DNA of 64,000 nt from Eledone cirrhosa (taxonomy: Eukaryota), in the NCBI GenBank assembly GCA_964016885.1, contig OZ024741.1, positions 372,000,001-372,064,000 on the forward strand. The letters run 5' to 3'. Position numbers and translations under genes: made by a program. Every line of letters starts with the position of its first letter. Position 1 is the stretch's first letter. Below the pieces are notes generated by a model. It was not told where the DNA came from. It did no database searches and saw only the letters and a list, made by a program, of their open reading frames with translations. Shown here one piece after another: positions 13,173 to 25,420 of this stretch.

Positions 13173-13208
<36 letters not shown>

Positions 13209-13271
13209 ATGTTGATTTAAAATTGCACTATCAACAAGTGTTTTTTTTAGCCTTCATATCATGTTCTCCTG

Positions 13272-13339
13272 TTTTATCTGATGAAAACACAAATATTATT
13301 GCTTGATTGATGTTTGTTTTTGAAATGCGCATAATAAAA
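13272..13339 (+). ncRNA. Type I hammerhead ribozyme, second family
   Basis: TTTTAT-CTGATGA-AAACACAAAT...GTTTGTTTTT-GAAA-TGCGCA-TA-ATAAAA: 6-bp stem I, ~10-bp stem II with one mismatch, palindromic stem III ATGCGCAT, AUA triplet. Confidence 0.75.
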
Positions 13340-13371
13340 TATATGGAACTCCTTTAACCATCTTTTGATCT

Positions 13372-13455
<84 letters not shown>

Positions 13456-13677
13456 TGTTTTGCGAGATTTCTTATCTTCTGAAAACGTGTGTTGAAACAG
13501 ATATTGTTATACTTTGGGAGGGTCATGTTGCCAATAAAAACACCCGCACCTGTTGTTCTTTACTTCAATGTATTATAAGTTTCCGGTTGGCTGGTTGGCT
13601 GGTTGGCTGGTTCGATTAGTTAAAGTGAAAACCAACAGGTGCGTTTTTTTATTGGCAACATAACCTTCCTGAAATAT

Positions 13678-13762
<85 letters not shown>

Positions 13763-14272
13763 GAGAGGGGGGGGGGGGAAAGATGTGTTTGTTTGCGTGT
13801 GTGTATGTGGCCTAGTGTTAAAGATACGATCATAATGTCATGGGTTCGATTCTTCCAACAGGTGGTGTGTTGTGTTCTTCATAAAACACTTCATTTCATG
13901 TTCTTCCAGTACACTCACCTGAAAATGAATATTAGCAGTGGACCAGATGGTGGAAGAGTTTTGTACTCTCAGTCGCTTAACGCCGATAAAACTGGAATAA
14001 GCACTGGCCTTGGAAAAAAGAATATATATATGTGTATACATATATGTATACATGCACAAGTATAGCTCTTTTTACAAAACGGTTTTTTTTTTTTTCATTT
14101 CAGGTAGACGCGCTCCATCATCCACTTTTCTAAAAAATAAATCACACACAAAACGCCAGCACCAACAGTTTTGCAAGAGATGTCAACATGAATGGACCTG
14201 TTATTTTTATCTAAAGACATTTTTCCAATTCCAACTCGCCCGTCCCCTCAATCTATCTTATTTCTCATTCTT

Positions 14273-14308
14273 TCTTCTGATGAAGGACTAGCGTCCGAAA
14301 CGTTAAGA
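14273..14308 (+). ncRNA. Minimal hammerhead in a Penelope-type pseudo-LTR
   Basis: TCTT-CTGATGA-A-GGAC-TAGC-GTCC-GAAA-CG-TT-AAGA. It lies in a repeat (~14050-14340) that also follows GIY-YIG ORF relics at 29190-29475 and 46015-46250. Confidence 0.7.
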
Positions 14309-14366
14309 CCCTCTTTCTGCTATATCAAACGTTAACCTAATATATATAAATAGATAGATAATAGAT

Positions 14367-15774
14367 ATGTTTCTTTTATTTGCCACCGGGGCATCAAAAG
14401 TGGGACAAGTACAATGGGGGGAGTTTACAAAACAAGGCGTCCTCAATAAGGAGGAGGCAATAACAATATATAAAAATAAAATAAAATATAACAAAAAATA
14501 AAATTTATAACAAAGTCCTCAATAGAGAGGAGACGCCTTGGGGGGTCGCACCCCCCCCCCCCGAAAAAAACTGTGCAACCCTTTTCCTCGGGAGCACAGA
14601 GAAGGGGTGCTCCCTTGGTCTTTCATCTTCCTCACCTATAGTCTGATGTAGGATGAAGGCCCATTCACACGGGCCATTCTCGCCACTTTCACCCATCTTT
14701 CATAAAAACGGCTGGGGTGCAGCACCTCTCTCTCCATCCTGATCCTTCTTCCGAAATGATATCGGAAGAAACGGACCAGTTGTTGGTCAGAGAGAAAGGT
14801 GTCTGACCTCAGTCCTTTCAGACGCGTCCACCATACAACCTCTTTCGCCATGGCTATTACGCACAGAAACACCGCCTCTTCTTCGTTTTTGAAGAGGGGA
14901 GGCGGCTTGATCGTTACAATAGACTCGGTGGTCAACCGGATCGGTCCCACCCTTGACAGCAGTTGTTTGACATAGCCCCACAGATCGGCAATGCCCGAGC
15001 AGTGTACCAATGCGTGTGCAACGGTTTCCTCGTCGCACACGCATCTGGGACAGATCTTTTTCGAGGGGTCCCTACCCGGGCGCCCGTGTCTGTAGAGCCT
15101 TTCTCGAACAGGCAGAGCCCTTCTGTAGCATTGCCAGGCCAGGGACCTCTGGAAGTTATCCATGGGTCCCGGGCTGAATGTCCTACCGAACAGGTTAGCC
15201 AGTTCGTCTTCCTCCATGCCTAGGGCTTCTCCGAGGGCGTCGTCGCACCTGCTAACCACCAGCCCTCTATAGAATGACGAGGTGGATTCTCCACTGACAG
15301 CCGGGTCCGCCTGCCAGAGGGCGGTGAGCGCCTGGGCACACTCGGTGTGCCAGGCGCCCAGTTTTCTCGGTCTTTGCTTGACCCAGGATTGCAGCTCGGT
15401 GAGTGAGACGAGTCTGGGAAAGGCTCGCCTCACAAACGGGGCCCACACCGGTTGACCGGAGAGGAATACCTGAAGGTGCCGTAGCCTTAATGCGTGTTTA
15501 CGTATCATTAGCCACGGCATCCCCAGCCCTCCTTTCGAAGGGTGTTGACAGCAGATGGATCTCCTCACCATAAGAGCCCGCTTCTTCCAAAGGAATTGGA
15601 AGAGTGCGCGCTCCATTTTGGCGAGCGTTTCCCTTGGGCAAGGCACAACGGTCAGGCGGTAGTAGATGACGGACGCTATATAAGTGTTCGCCACCTCCGC
15701 CCGACCTTTCAGGGACAGTTTGCACTCGGCCCACTTCTGGGTCAGTGCAAACACCCTGTTCGTTACCTCACCCC
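14367..15774 (-). mobile_element. 5'-truncated Tx1/L1-clade LINE (younger, inner insertion)
   Basis: ORF2 C-terminus (LSLKGRAEVAN, GGLGMP, CPRC..EETVAHALVHC zinc finger), 3' UTR with AATAAA. 15-bp TSD AGATAGATAATAGAT at 14352-14366 and 15775-15789. Confidence 0.9.
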
Positions 15775-15789
15775 AGATAGATAATAGAT

Positions 15790-18781
15790 TGATTTCTTTA
15801 TTAGCCACAAGGGCGCAACAAGAAAGGGGACAATACAAAGACATGCCGGGGATTTTACATACAGTCGTGTAAAAAAATATAAAAACAAACAATTTCAACA
15901 ATCGAAATCCCCAAAAGGGGGGAGGCGCCACAAATGGGTTGTTTAATACCCCGTCGATAGAACAACCCTCAACTCAAGGAGCGTATTGTGCAAGTGCTCC
16001 TTTCTTCCTTTTGCTCTCTTCCTCAACCTACAGGCTTATAAACAGAGAAGGCCCAATCACTCGGGCCATTTTCGCTTCATTCACCCACCTTTCAGTAAAT
16101 TTACTGGGGTGCAGTGCCTCTCTTTCCACCCTGATTCTCCTAAAGTGATACTTAAAGAAGGGAATCAATTGTTGTCCGGAGAGAAAGGCATCTATCCTCA
16201 GTCCTCTCAACCACGTCCACCATATAACTTCTTTCACCATAGCCACCGTACAGAGGAATACCGCCTCTCTTTCGTTTTTGAAAGAGGCTGGCGGTTTGAT
16301 CCTTACTATGGACTCGGCAGTCATCTGGATTTGTCCCATACGCGACAGCAGTTGTTCTGCATAGTTCCACAGGTCGGTTACGCCCGGGCAGTGTACAATT
16401 GCGTGCAGAACTGTTTCAATGTCCTGCGCACATCTTGGACACGTCCTCTTGGAAGGATCCCTGCCGGGGCGTCCGTGCCTGTAGATCTTGTCACGAACAG
16501 GTAGAGCTCCTCGGTAGCACTGCCAGGCCAGGGACCTCTGGAAGTTGTCCATAGGTCCCGGGCGGAAAGTCCTACCAAACAGACTGGTGAGCTCATCGTC
16601 TTCGACGCCCAGAGTCTCTCCGAGCACGTCGTCGCCCTTGTAACGTACAATCCCTCTATAGAATGTCGAAGTGGAGTCTCCACTGATTGCTGCGCCCGCT
16701 TGCCAGAGGACTGTGAGCGCCTGAGAGCATTCAATGTGCCAGGCGCCCATCGTTTTCGGTCATTTCTTCACCCAGGAATGCAGCTCCGTTAGCGAGACGA
16801 GCTGTGGGAAATCCTGTCTCACAAACGGTGCCCACACCGGTTGGGGGTCGGTGAGGAATACCTGGAGATGCCGCAGCCTCAGCGCATGTTTGCGCATCAT
16901 CAGCCACGGCATTCCCAGCCCTCCGTTGGAAGGGTGCTGACAGCAGACGGATCTCCTCACCAGCGGAGCCTGCTTCTTCCACAGAAACTGGAAGAGCATG
17001 CGTTCCATCTTGGCGAGGTGTTCACGGGGACAAGGCACGACAGTCAAGCGGTAGTAGATGACGGACGCTATGAAAGTGTTCGCCACCTCCGCTCGACCTT
17101 TCAAGGACAGTTTGCACTCTGCCCACTTCTGAGTGAGTGCAAACACCTTGGCCGTGACCTCGTTCCAGTTTTTCTCCACCTGGAGGTCTGGACCGAACCA
17201 GACCCCGAGCAATTTCACCGGTCCGTCCGTCCAGCGTCCAACGACGCTGTCGGATGTCATCGGTTTGCCTCTCCACGTACCGAGTTGCAAACCGACAGAC
17301 TTGTCTGGGTTTAGTTTTGCTCCCGTCAGCGTTTCGTATTCTTTCAGTAAGTTGTCGATCACCCCGATTTCCGAGGTGCTCGACACCATTACCGTTACGT
17401 CGTCGGCATAAGCTGACGCCGCTTTGCGCAGTCCCGGTTCTAGGGGGGGGGGATGCCCTGCAACAACTCCAATTTCCGCAGTAGTGGCTCTAGAGTCAAT
17501 ACATTCAGAATGGAGGAGAGAGGGCATCCCTGTCGAATGGAACGCGTGATTGCGAACGGCTCCGATAGGTAGCCGTTCACCTTGACCCTCGAGCAGATGC
17601 TGGTGTGCATCGCCTCGATCCATCCTCTGAACACGGGACCGAAACCGGCCGCCTTGAGAACCGCTTCCAAGTATCGATGGTCGACCCTATCGAATGCCTT
17701 AGACTGATCCAAGTTGATCAGAGCCCCCACCGAAGCCGGGTTTACTACCCACCCTCTCTATGATGTATCGCATGAGGTGGAGGTTGTCGTGTATGGACCT
17801 GGTCGGAATTGCACACGTTTGCGCTTTCCCTACCAGGTTCTCGACGACAAGCGCCAACCTCGTCGCTAGCACCTTGGCCAAAATCTTTAACTCTGTGTTG
17901 AGCAGAGTTATGGGCCTGAAGTTGTTAATTTCGTCCCCCTTGTTCTCGTCTTTCCTGATCAGCGTTACTACGCCCTTGTCTGCAGAACTGGGAATTCTCC
18001 CGTTCTGCTGCCAATTGCAGTAGACGGCTTCGAGGACGCGAGAGAACAAGTCCGGCATGCCTATGTAAAATTCGTAGGGTAGACCATCTAGACCGGGTGA
18101 CTTGCGTTTCCCGCAGCGGCCCAGAGCGTCCCGTATCTCAGTGTCCGTGATCGGTCTTTCGCAGAACTCGGCGTCCGTGTTCGAGAGACGCGTCAGGCCG
18201 TCGAGGTATTAACTAAAGTCCATTGCCCCGTTCGGCTCACCGTCGTTCTGCTCAAACAGTCGTGCAAAGTGCCGTTGAAAGGCCGCGCACATTTGCTTGG
18301 GGTCAAGTAGCACGCGTCCGTTTTGGTCTTTCAAAGACCGAATCGTGGACTTGTTGCCACTTTTTGCCTCCGCCACTCGGGCCCAGCTGACAGCTTTCGC
18401 TCCTTCGTTTCCTAGAGCACGTGTTTTGCTTCTGACCACGCAGCCTTCGTGTTTCGCATCGAAGAACTGGTCCAGTGCCGTTCTCGACGCTAACACTCTA
18501 GCCGCGTTGCCACTTCTAAGTGCCTCCTTTACCTTGGCTACTAGTTCTCTTTCTATTCTGTTTTTCTCTAAGGCTAACTCTCTGCTATACCCTATCGATT
18601 CTATTCTAATTGCTTTCTTGAGAGAGTACCACCATCTATTGTTGACGATGGATCCCGTTAACTGTTGCTTGACTAGTCTACTTATCCGTTCACTGTAAGC
18701 TTTACGTGCCGGCAACGACACGTTCAGCTTCCAGTATCTGGGTCCTTGTCTATGTATTCTATCACGGTTGACTAAGCAGAG
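15790..18781 (-). mobile_element. 5'-truncated, frameshifted Tx1/L1-clade LINE with RT
   Basis: GPRYWKLN, NFRPITLLNTELKILAK, LDQSKAFDRVDH, IRQGCPLS, SAYADD and a CPRC zinc finger spread over ORFs 18209-18721, 17699-18058, 17440-17730, 16760-17623 and 16028-16750. TSD-like ATAAATAGATAGATA at 14346-14360 and 18782-18796. Confidence 0.92.
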
Positions 18782-19621
18782 ATAAATAGATAGATAGATA
18801 GATCGGATCTAGCTGTCGAAACGGCCGGAACTCAGCCGTCGGGGTCCTGACTCTTTTCCTAAATATATATATATATAGCGTAGAAATGTCCGTGATCTCA
18901 AGCAGACAACTGATGAAGGGTAATTATACGCCGTTCGGGCTTTCCTCTTATTTATAAATACACTTTATCCAGCAACCACACAGCCCCTGTTTCTTCTAGA
19001 AAAATCTTATCAAGTTTTGCTATGACCCGTTCTCTCTTTCTCCCTATCTACTTTGTTGCTATTAATTCTTCCCCTTTCTTTCTTTCTCTCACTTTTACCC
19101 TCCCTCTCTCTGCTAGATACCCCGCTTCTTCCGCTGTTTCTCTCGCCTATCTCTATTTCACCTACTCTTGCGATGTCAGACCTGTTTTTCTTACCGTCCA
19201 CACAGCCTCGGTCTTAAGTGCAGTAGCTGATGTTGACTTTAACTTTTTGTCTCTCTTCGGTTGCTCACATACATGTGCTTTCGGGTTCCCTTCTTCGGTA
19301 TGTTGTTTTCCATTTTTTATCGTTTTGTTTTTTTTACATTTTTTTACTTTTTTTATTCCTTTTTCTCTTCTGTTATACATTTTTTGTCTCTCTCCTTTTT
19401 TTCCCCAATAACTTCCTTTAGTTATTGACGCACTGGAGCTAGAAATATTGTCTTTAATGCGTAGAAATGTCCGTGATATCTACCAGACAACTGATGAAGA
19501 AACATTATCCGCCGTTTGTGCCTTCCTCTTACATACAGAAAAAAAGAAATATATATATATATATACGTATATATATATATATATATATAAATACGTATAT
19601 ATATATATAAATATATATATA

Positions 19622-19683
<62 letters not shown>

Positions 19684-19711
19684 CGTATATATATATATAA
19701 ATATATATATA

Positions 19712-19778
<67 letters not shown>

Positions 19779-19827
19779 GTATATATATATACATACAATA
19801 TGTAGAAAGGGTAACACGCTAGAGAGA

Positions 19828-19896
<69 letters not shown>

Positions 19897-20024
19897 TGTG
19901 CCATCAATAAAACAGGGAAACCACCAGTGTATGGAATCTATAACCTATGGAAGGCAGGGCAGACACACAATAATTAAAAATATAAATTAAAATTCGCATA
20001 CGCACCTCTATAACTATATAACAC

Positions 20025-20103
20025 ACACGTACAAATCCAAAGAGATCTGTTTCGCCAAGAAATTATTGACAGAAATGGAAGCGCCTATGGGTCATCAGCG
20101 TGT
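20025..20103 (-). ncRNA. Putative type I hammerhead with extended stems II/III
   Basis: Reverse complement ACACG-CTGATGA-cCCA...TGGc-GAAA-CAGATC-TCTTTG-GATTTG-TA-CGTGT: 5-bp stem I, 7-bp stem III, GUA triplet. C.C mismatch at the base of a weak stem II. Confidence 0.6.
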
Positions 20104-20639
20104 TTAAGACAAATACATTCCAGACAACTCTCAGAAAATATAAGATAACCGTCCTGCAACACGCGGCAGAGAGATATGACAGCGTGCATAGGACAGTGAG
20201 CCAGTGGTATCTGTGGGACGAGCTGGTAGAAATGGCAGCCCCAAACCACTCAGAGAAGTGTGCTCAACCAAACAGAGAAAGAGGAAAGACTGTTATAAGA
20301 AGCGAAATAACAAGATAAATTAACGGAGCAATAGACTCTCGTTATTCCCTGTCAATAATGTGCTCAAAGGAAAGGAATCCTGAGCTCTTTAAAATATATG
20401 TAGAAAGGATAAGACACTACAGAGAGAGAGAGCATGTGCCATCAATAAAACAGGGAAACCACCAGTGTATGGAATCTATAACCTATGAAAGGCAGGGTAG
20501 ACACAATAATTAAAAATATAAATTAAAATGCGCATACGCACCTCTATAACTATATAACACACGTACAAATTCAAAGAGATCTGTTGCAGGACGGTTATCT
20601 TATATTTTCTGAGAGTTGTCTGGAATGTATTTGTCTTAA

Positions 20640-20718
20640 ACACGCTGATGACCCATAGGCGCTTCCATTTCTGTCGATAATTTCTTGGCGAAACAGATCT
20701 CTTTGAATTTGTACGTGT
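20640..20718 (+). ncRNA. Putative type I hammerhead (inverted copy of 20025-20103)
   Basis: ACACGCTGATGACCCA...TTGGCGAAACAGATCTCTTTGAATTTGTACGTGT. Confidence 0.58.
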
Positions 20719-20857
20719 GTGTTATAGAGGTGCGTATGCGAATTTTAATTTATATTTTTAATTATTGTGTGTCTACCCTGATTTCCATAGGTTATAGATT
20801 CCATACACTGGTGGTTTCCGTTTTATTGATGGCACACGCACACTCTCTCTCTCTCTT

Positions 20858-20890
<33 letters not shown>

Positions 20891-21134
20891 CCTCTCTCTC
20901 TAGCGTGTTACTCTTTCTACATATTGTATTTTAAAGAGCTCAGGATTCCTTTTCCTTTGAGCACATAATTTACAGGGAATAACGAGTGTCTGTGGGTCCG
21001 TTAATTTATTTAGATATATATACATACATAATACATATAATCTTACGTTAACTATTTTCCCATTTTGACGCTATAGTCACTTATATATTATGGAATACTG
21101 TTGGCTTCTTGCTACAATGCTTTCTATACCTTTC

Positions 21135-21269
<135 letters not shown>

Positions 21270-21657
21270 TATATATACGTTCATATACACAGCTATGTTA
21301 TTATTAAATAACACCCTTATTTTATCTTCCGGTCAAGCTAGCCAATAGCTCTATATGCAAATGAGGCTGATCAGTCCATGTACATAGTCTTCGAAACTAT
21401 ATGTTTTCGCCTATGGTAAGTTCTAGCAGCGAACGGGGTGAGAAGCACTAGCTTGATAACGACAACGGTCAGAAATGATGACGTCATTATCGCTTGTTAC
21501 CTGTCCTTAGCTTCTGCTGGAACATGGTACATGGCGCTACACCATCAGTTTCCAAATTCATAGCTGAAGGCTTTCAAAATGTTTATTTATAAACATATCG
21601 TATATCGCCAGATATACATTTTCTTGTATTTCATATACATGTTAGAGCTAACACCCT

Positions 21658-21725
<68 letters not shown>

Positions 21726-21810
21726 AGATTCAGGACCCCGACGGCTGAGCCATCTGAATTCTTATTTGTTATAATACTAACTGCAATGTGACTTAACATT
21801 ATGAGAGAGG

Positions 21811-21893
<83 letters not shown>

Positions 21894-21990
21894 CTAAATA
21901 GCTATAACTCTCTTATTAAGTATCCAGAAAACGAATTCGGTGGTAGCTATGACATATTACGAATGACCAGATCTACCCATTGGTTAAGTC

Positions 21991-22021
<31 letters not shown>

Positions 22022-22303
22022 TGGTAAACGGAATAGAAAATGCTGACAAATTGTTCACAGTTGAAAAATGGTTTAATTAGGAATAAAAGAGTATTAGTGA
22101 TTGTATGGGTTAGTATTCAGTTGTGGTTTTAAGTTTTTAAGTTTTTACCGGTTGCACATTTCTAAATGCTTTTCAAAAATAATTTTGAGATAGAGTGTCC
22201 GTGCTGTTTGCTCTGATCTGTATATATATATATATATATATTCTATATATATAAATTATATATATTCTGTATATATATATATATATATTCTATATATATA
22301 TAT

Positions 22304-22696
22304 TCTATATATATAAAAGCGAGGATGTGTGTGTGTGGACAACTTTGGACACCTAAGGCTTTTACAATTCCCAGCCGAATTTGACCAAATTTTCTGTGCA
22401 CGTTGCGCCTGTGGCTAAGATGGTCACATCACAATTTTTAAAATCGACCCACGTTGAGCAATAAAAAAAATCGATGGCAAAATTATTTTTTCTAAAGTGT
22501 CCTGTTCAGTGTTTTCCTTCATTATCAGCATAGTTTTATGTGTACAAAGATTGCAATAAATATTCGTTTGCATTAATTATTGAAGACTTCTGCTTATTTC
22601 CACAGGCTGGGGACAAATACTTTTCTTCTTTTACTTCCTAGCTGTATATTCTTAGCATAATTTCAAACCCCGGGCAATGCCGGGTAAATCTACTAG
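22304..22696 (+). mobile_element. Non-autonomous Helitron
   Basis: 5' TCTATATATATAAAAGCGAGGATGTGTG; 3' hairpin CCCGGGCAATGCCGGG then CTAG|T. Confidence 0.8.
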
Positions 22697-23114
22697 TATT
22701 GTATATAAGAAGTATCAATATGATTTCGTTTTCGATCTTGTTTTGTTGGGTTGTTAGATATTTACCTTATTTGATTACAATCATTTACAACATACGCAAT
22801 GAGCATTTTTCTAATGAAACACACCCATGTTAAAAAATTCTCAACGTATTCCATCTTCTTGAACATCGCTCTCAACCCATATATTTATGGAATTTTCCAT
22901 AATCACTTGCTTTAAAAAAATCTGTTTTATTTTGTAAAAGAAATTTCCCTTTTTAATACTGCAAATGTACTTTTATAAGTTATTCAATATATGTAGTATC
23001 ATCAAACTGTTCACCCCAACCTCAAAAGTAAAGGAAAATACTTTAAATAAGAATGACACAATTTTGCCAGTATAAAATATGATTTTAGATACAAGAAAAC
23101 TCCGTAATTCCTGA

Positions 23115-23428
23115 TAAGGTCGTAGGGGCACCATATTGACATACGGCGTCTCTAAGGCATTTTTAAGCCTAGCGAAGCCCATCTTTTCTCCAGGTCTGAA
23201 CTCAGCAGATTTCTTCCAGAGAAGGATAGAGATTGAGAGAATGGAAGTGAGAAAAATATACAGATGAAAGATCGACACCAGTACTAGACTGGTACTTTTA
23301 TTGACTTCGGATGAAAGGCAACGTTGACCTCGGCAGAATTTGAACTCAGAGAGCAGAGAGCCAAAATGAATGAATGCCACAAAGAATTCTAACTGACGTT
23401 CTAACAACTCTGCCAATTCACCACCTTA
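23115..23428 (-). mobile_element. Older tRNA-derived SINE subfamily (other copies ~24065-24180 + partial, ~30675-31000 +)
   Basis: Head GGTGGTGAATTGGCAGAG...GAGTTCAAATTC, central GCCTTTCATCC and a different 3' part ending in a variant of ACGCCGTA...GGCGCCCCTACGAC, shared by all three copies. Confidence 0.65.
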
Positions 23429-23535
23429 TCAAATATAAATACAATGTTACTAATTGAAACTAGTAATATCATTATTTAACTTAGTAGTCTACACTCTAAA
23501 GAACGTAGAATGTGTGCCCACTCTAGCATTTAACC

Positions 23536-23826
23536 CAGACATGGGCAACCTTTTTCGATAAGCGGGCCGCATGAGATATGGCTCATCATCAGGCGGGCCG
23601 CAAGCGTTAATTTACATTCGTGCCCACATTAAAGAAAAGGGCGGTAACTCGGGTTGTTTTGATTTGTTTCTTCAGAATTCGTACACGTTGTTTTCCTCGA
23701 TCGTAAAAATGATAGAAAGATAAATTACGACTGAAAAGTTGGGGTAAAAAAATCAGAAAGATTTCACTTAAGTGACTTAGGCGAGCCATACAGAAAGCTT
23801 CGCGGGCCGCAGGTTGCCCATGACTG
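23536..23826. mobile_element. hAT MITE
   Basis: TIRs CAGACATGGGCAACC / GGTTGCCCATGACTG and a degenerate nnnTAnnn TSD. An inverted homolog lies at 41377-41668. Confidence 0.8.
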
Positions 23827-23929
23827 GTTTATGCTTGACCGGAGTGTTTTCATGTCTTTAAACAGTATCAAATATATAAAGAGCAATGAAGGTGATTATA
23901 ATGAGGACTTTCTTTTTCTCTCTCTACTC

Positions 23930-23969
<40 letters not shown>

Positions 23970-24587
23970 CCGTTTCTCTCTCTCTCTCACTCTCTTTCTC
24001 TTTTTCTCTCTCTACCCCTCTCTTTCTCTTTTTCTCTCTCTACCCCTCTCTCTCACTCCCTCTCACTGGAAGAAATCGGCTGCTAAGATGATTAAACCTA
24101 GAGAGGGTGGTGTGGGCTACCAGGATTTAAGTTGCTCAAGATACGTCGTAGCTCACGACGGCGCCCATACGACTGCATTAGGAGACTATGAGTTCAATGA
24201 TCAGTGATCAGCGATCAGTGAATCTTCCCCTCAAAGAAAGCAATCTATTTGATGTCGATGAAATATTTGTATTTATATTTACTTTCATAGCATCAGATAC
24301 TATTTAATTGATATAACGGCTGTGTGAATATATATATTCGTTGGCCCCAAAAACTATATTCTGTTAAGACCATAATATTAATCATTCTAATCGGTAGATC
24401 AGTCAGTTTCCTTCTAACTCATATATGATAGCTATGTCTATATCTAAACATATATCTATTTATGCACTATATAAGTATGTATGTATGTATGTATGTATGT
24501 ATGTATGTATGTGCATGTATGAAAATATGTATTTATGTATGTATGTAATACATTTATATGTGCGTTTCGGTCTGTGTGAGTAATATA

Positions 24588-24645
<58 letters not shown>

Positions 24646-24790
24646 TGAAAAGATTCAGGTTCCCGACGGCTGAGCTCCGGCCGTTTCGACAGCTAGATCC
24701 GGATCTTTTCATATTACCCACTCTACTACCCCAAGTATCGAGTACTCTGGTGCGTTGTGGTCCACCTGGTATCTTAACACACCCCTTTGT

Positions 24791-24857
<67 letters not shown>

Positions 24858-24888
24858 GCACACGCACACACGCGCACGCACGCACACA

Positions 24889-24969
<81 letters not shown>

Positions 24970-25420
24970 GATCTCTCCACACGAAACAAAGTATTATGAA
25001 AATTGAAACACCCCAGAGGTGAAGTACAAATATGATACACGGCATGACAGGCCTTGACAATTGGAGTAATCTAGAACACCATCCCTGCTGTGAGCGTTAC
25101 AACATTTGTATGATGTAGGAAATACTCAACAACATTGCTCTAATGATGTTGGCATCAACTTTTAATCCACCCAAGGCTTTGCTCCCATGCTAACCGCCTA
25201 CTATAAAAGTCGACCGCGCATCTCATTACAACATTATGACAGATTATTTCACCACAACTGGTCCTGATCTCTTTAATATCATACCAAAATACATCAAAAT
25301 GAGAAACAGAGTCCATAAAATTCAAATGCTCCTTGGACAAATTCTCCTAAGAAATTCTAGATAAACACCTTACATTAAGATTAGTCTCCGGTAATAACTC
25401 TTTACTTGAGTGGGCCATGA
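24970..25420 (+). mobile_element. Degenerate CR1/L2-like LINE 3' fragment
   Basis: Broken-frame motifs (CERYNICMM, YFTTTGPDLFNIIPKYIK, FKCSLDKF) resemble CR1-type ORF2 C-termini; many stops. Confidence 0.4.

Larger units (their letters stand above)
11027..13179. mobile_element. 470-bp hammerhead-containing tandem array with fold-back inversion (retrozyme / Penelope pLTR-like)
   Basis: Units start at 11027, 11497 and 11967. Orientation switches at 12271-12273 and inverted units run to 13179. Both ends are embedded in (TA)n. Confidence 0.92.
19794..21009. mobile_element. ~600-bp hammerhead-containing unit: tandem 1.3 copies plus an inverted copy
   Basis: The unit restarts at ~20396. Orientation switches at TGTT 20582-20585 and the inverted copy runs to ~21009. 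Flanked by TA-rich tracts. Confidence 0.85.

Noticed and set aside
11027-13179. CRISPR-like or classical satellite interpretation of the array
   Set aside because: No unique spacers and no cas genes; eukaryotic context; short array with an inversion and a ribozyme.
14636-15931. 431-aa ORF with an apparently novel hydrophobic N-terminus
   Set aside because: Chimera: the first ~52 codons are the 3' UTR and tail of the outer Tx1 copy reading by chance into the truncated inner copy.
21370-21412. GGCTGATCA...GAAAC hammerhead-like motif
   Set aside because: Core mutated and stems do not pair convincingly.
23575-23605. CTGATGA inside the hAT MITEs (also at 41612)
   Set aside because: No appropriately placed GAAA or stem II; chance match.
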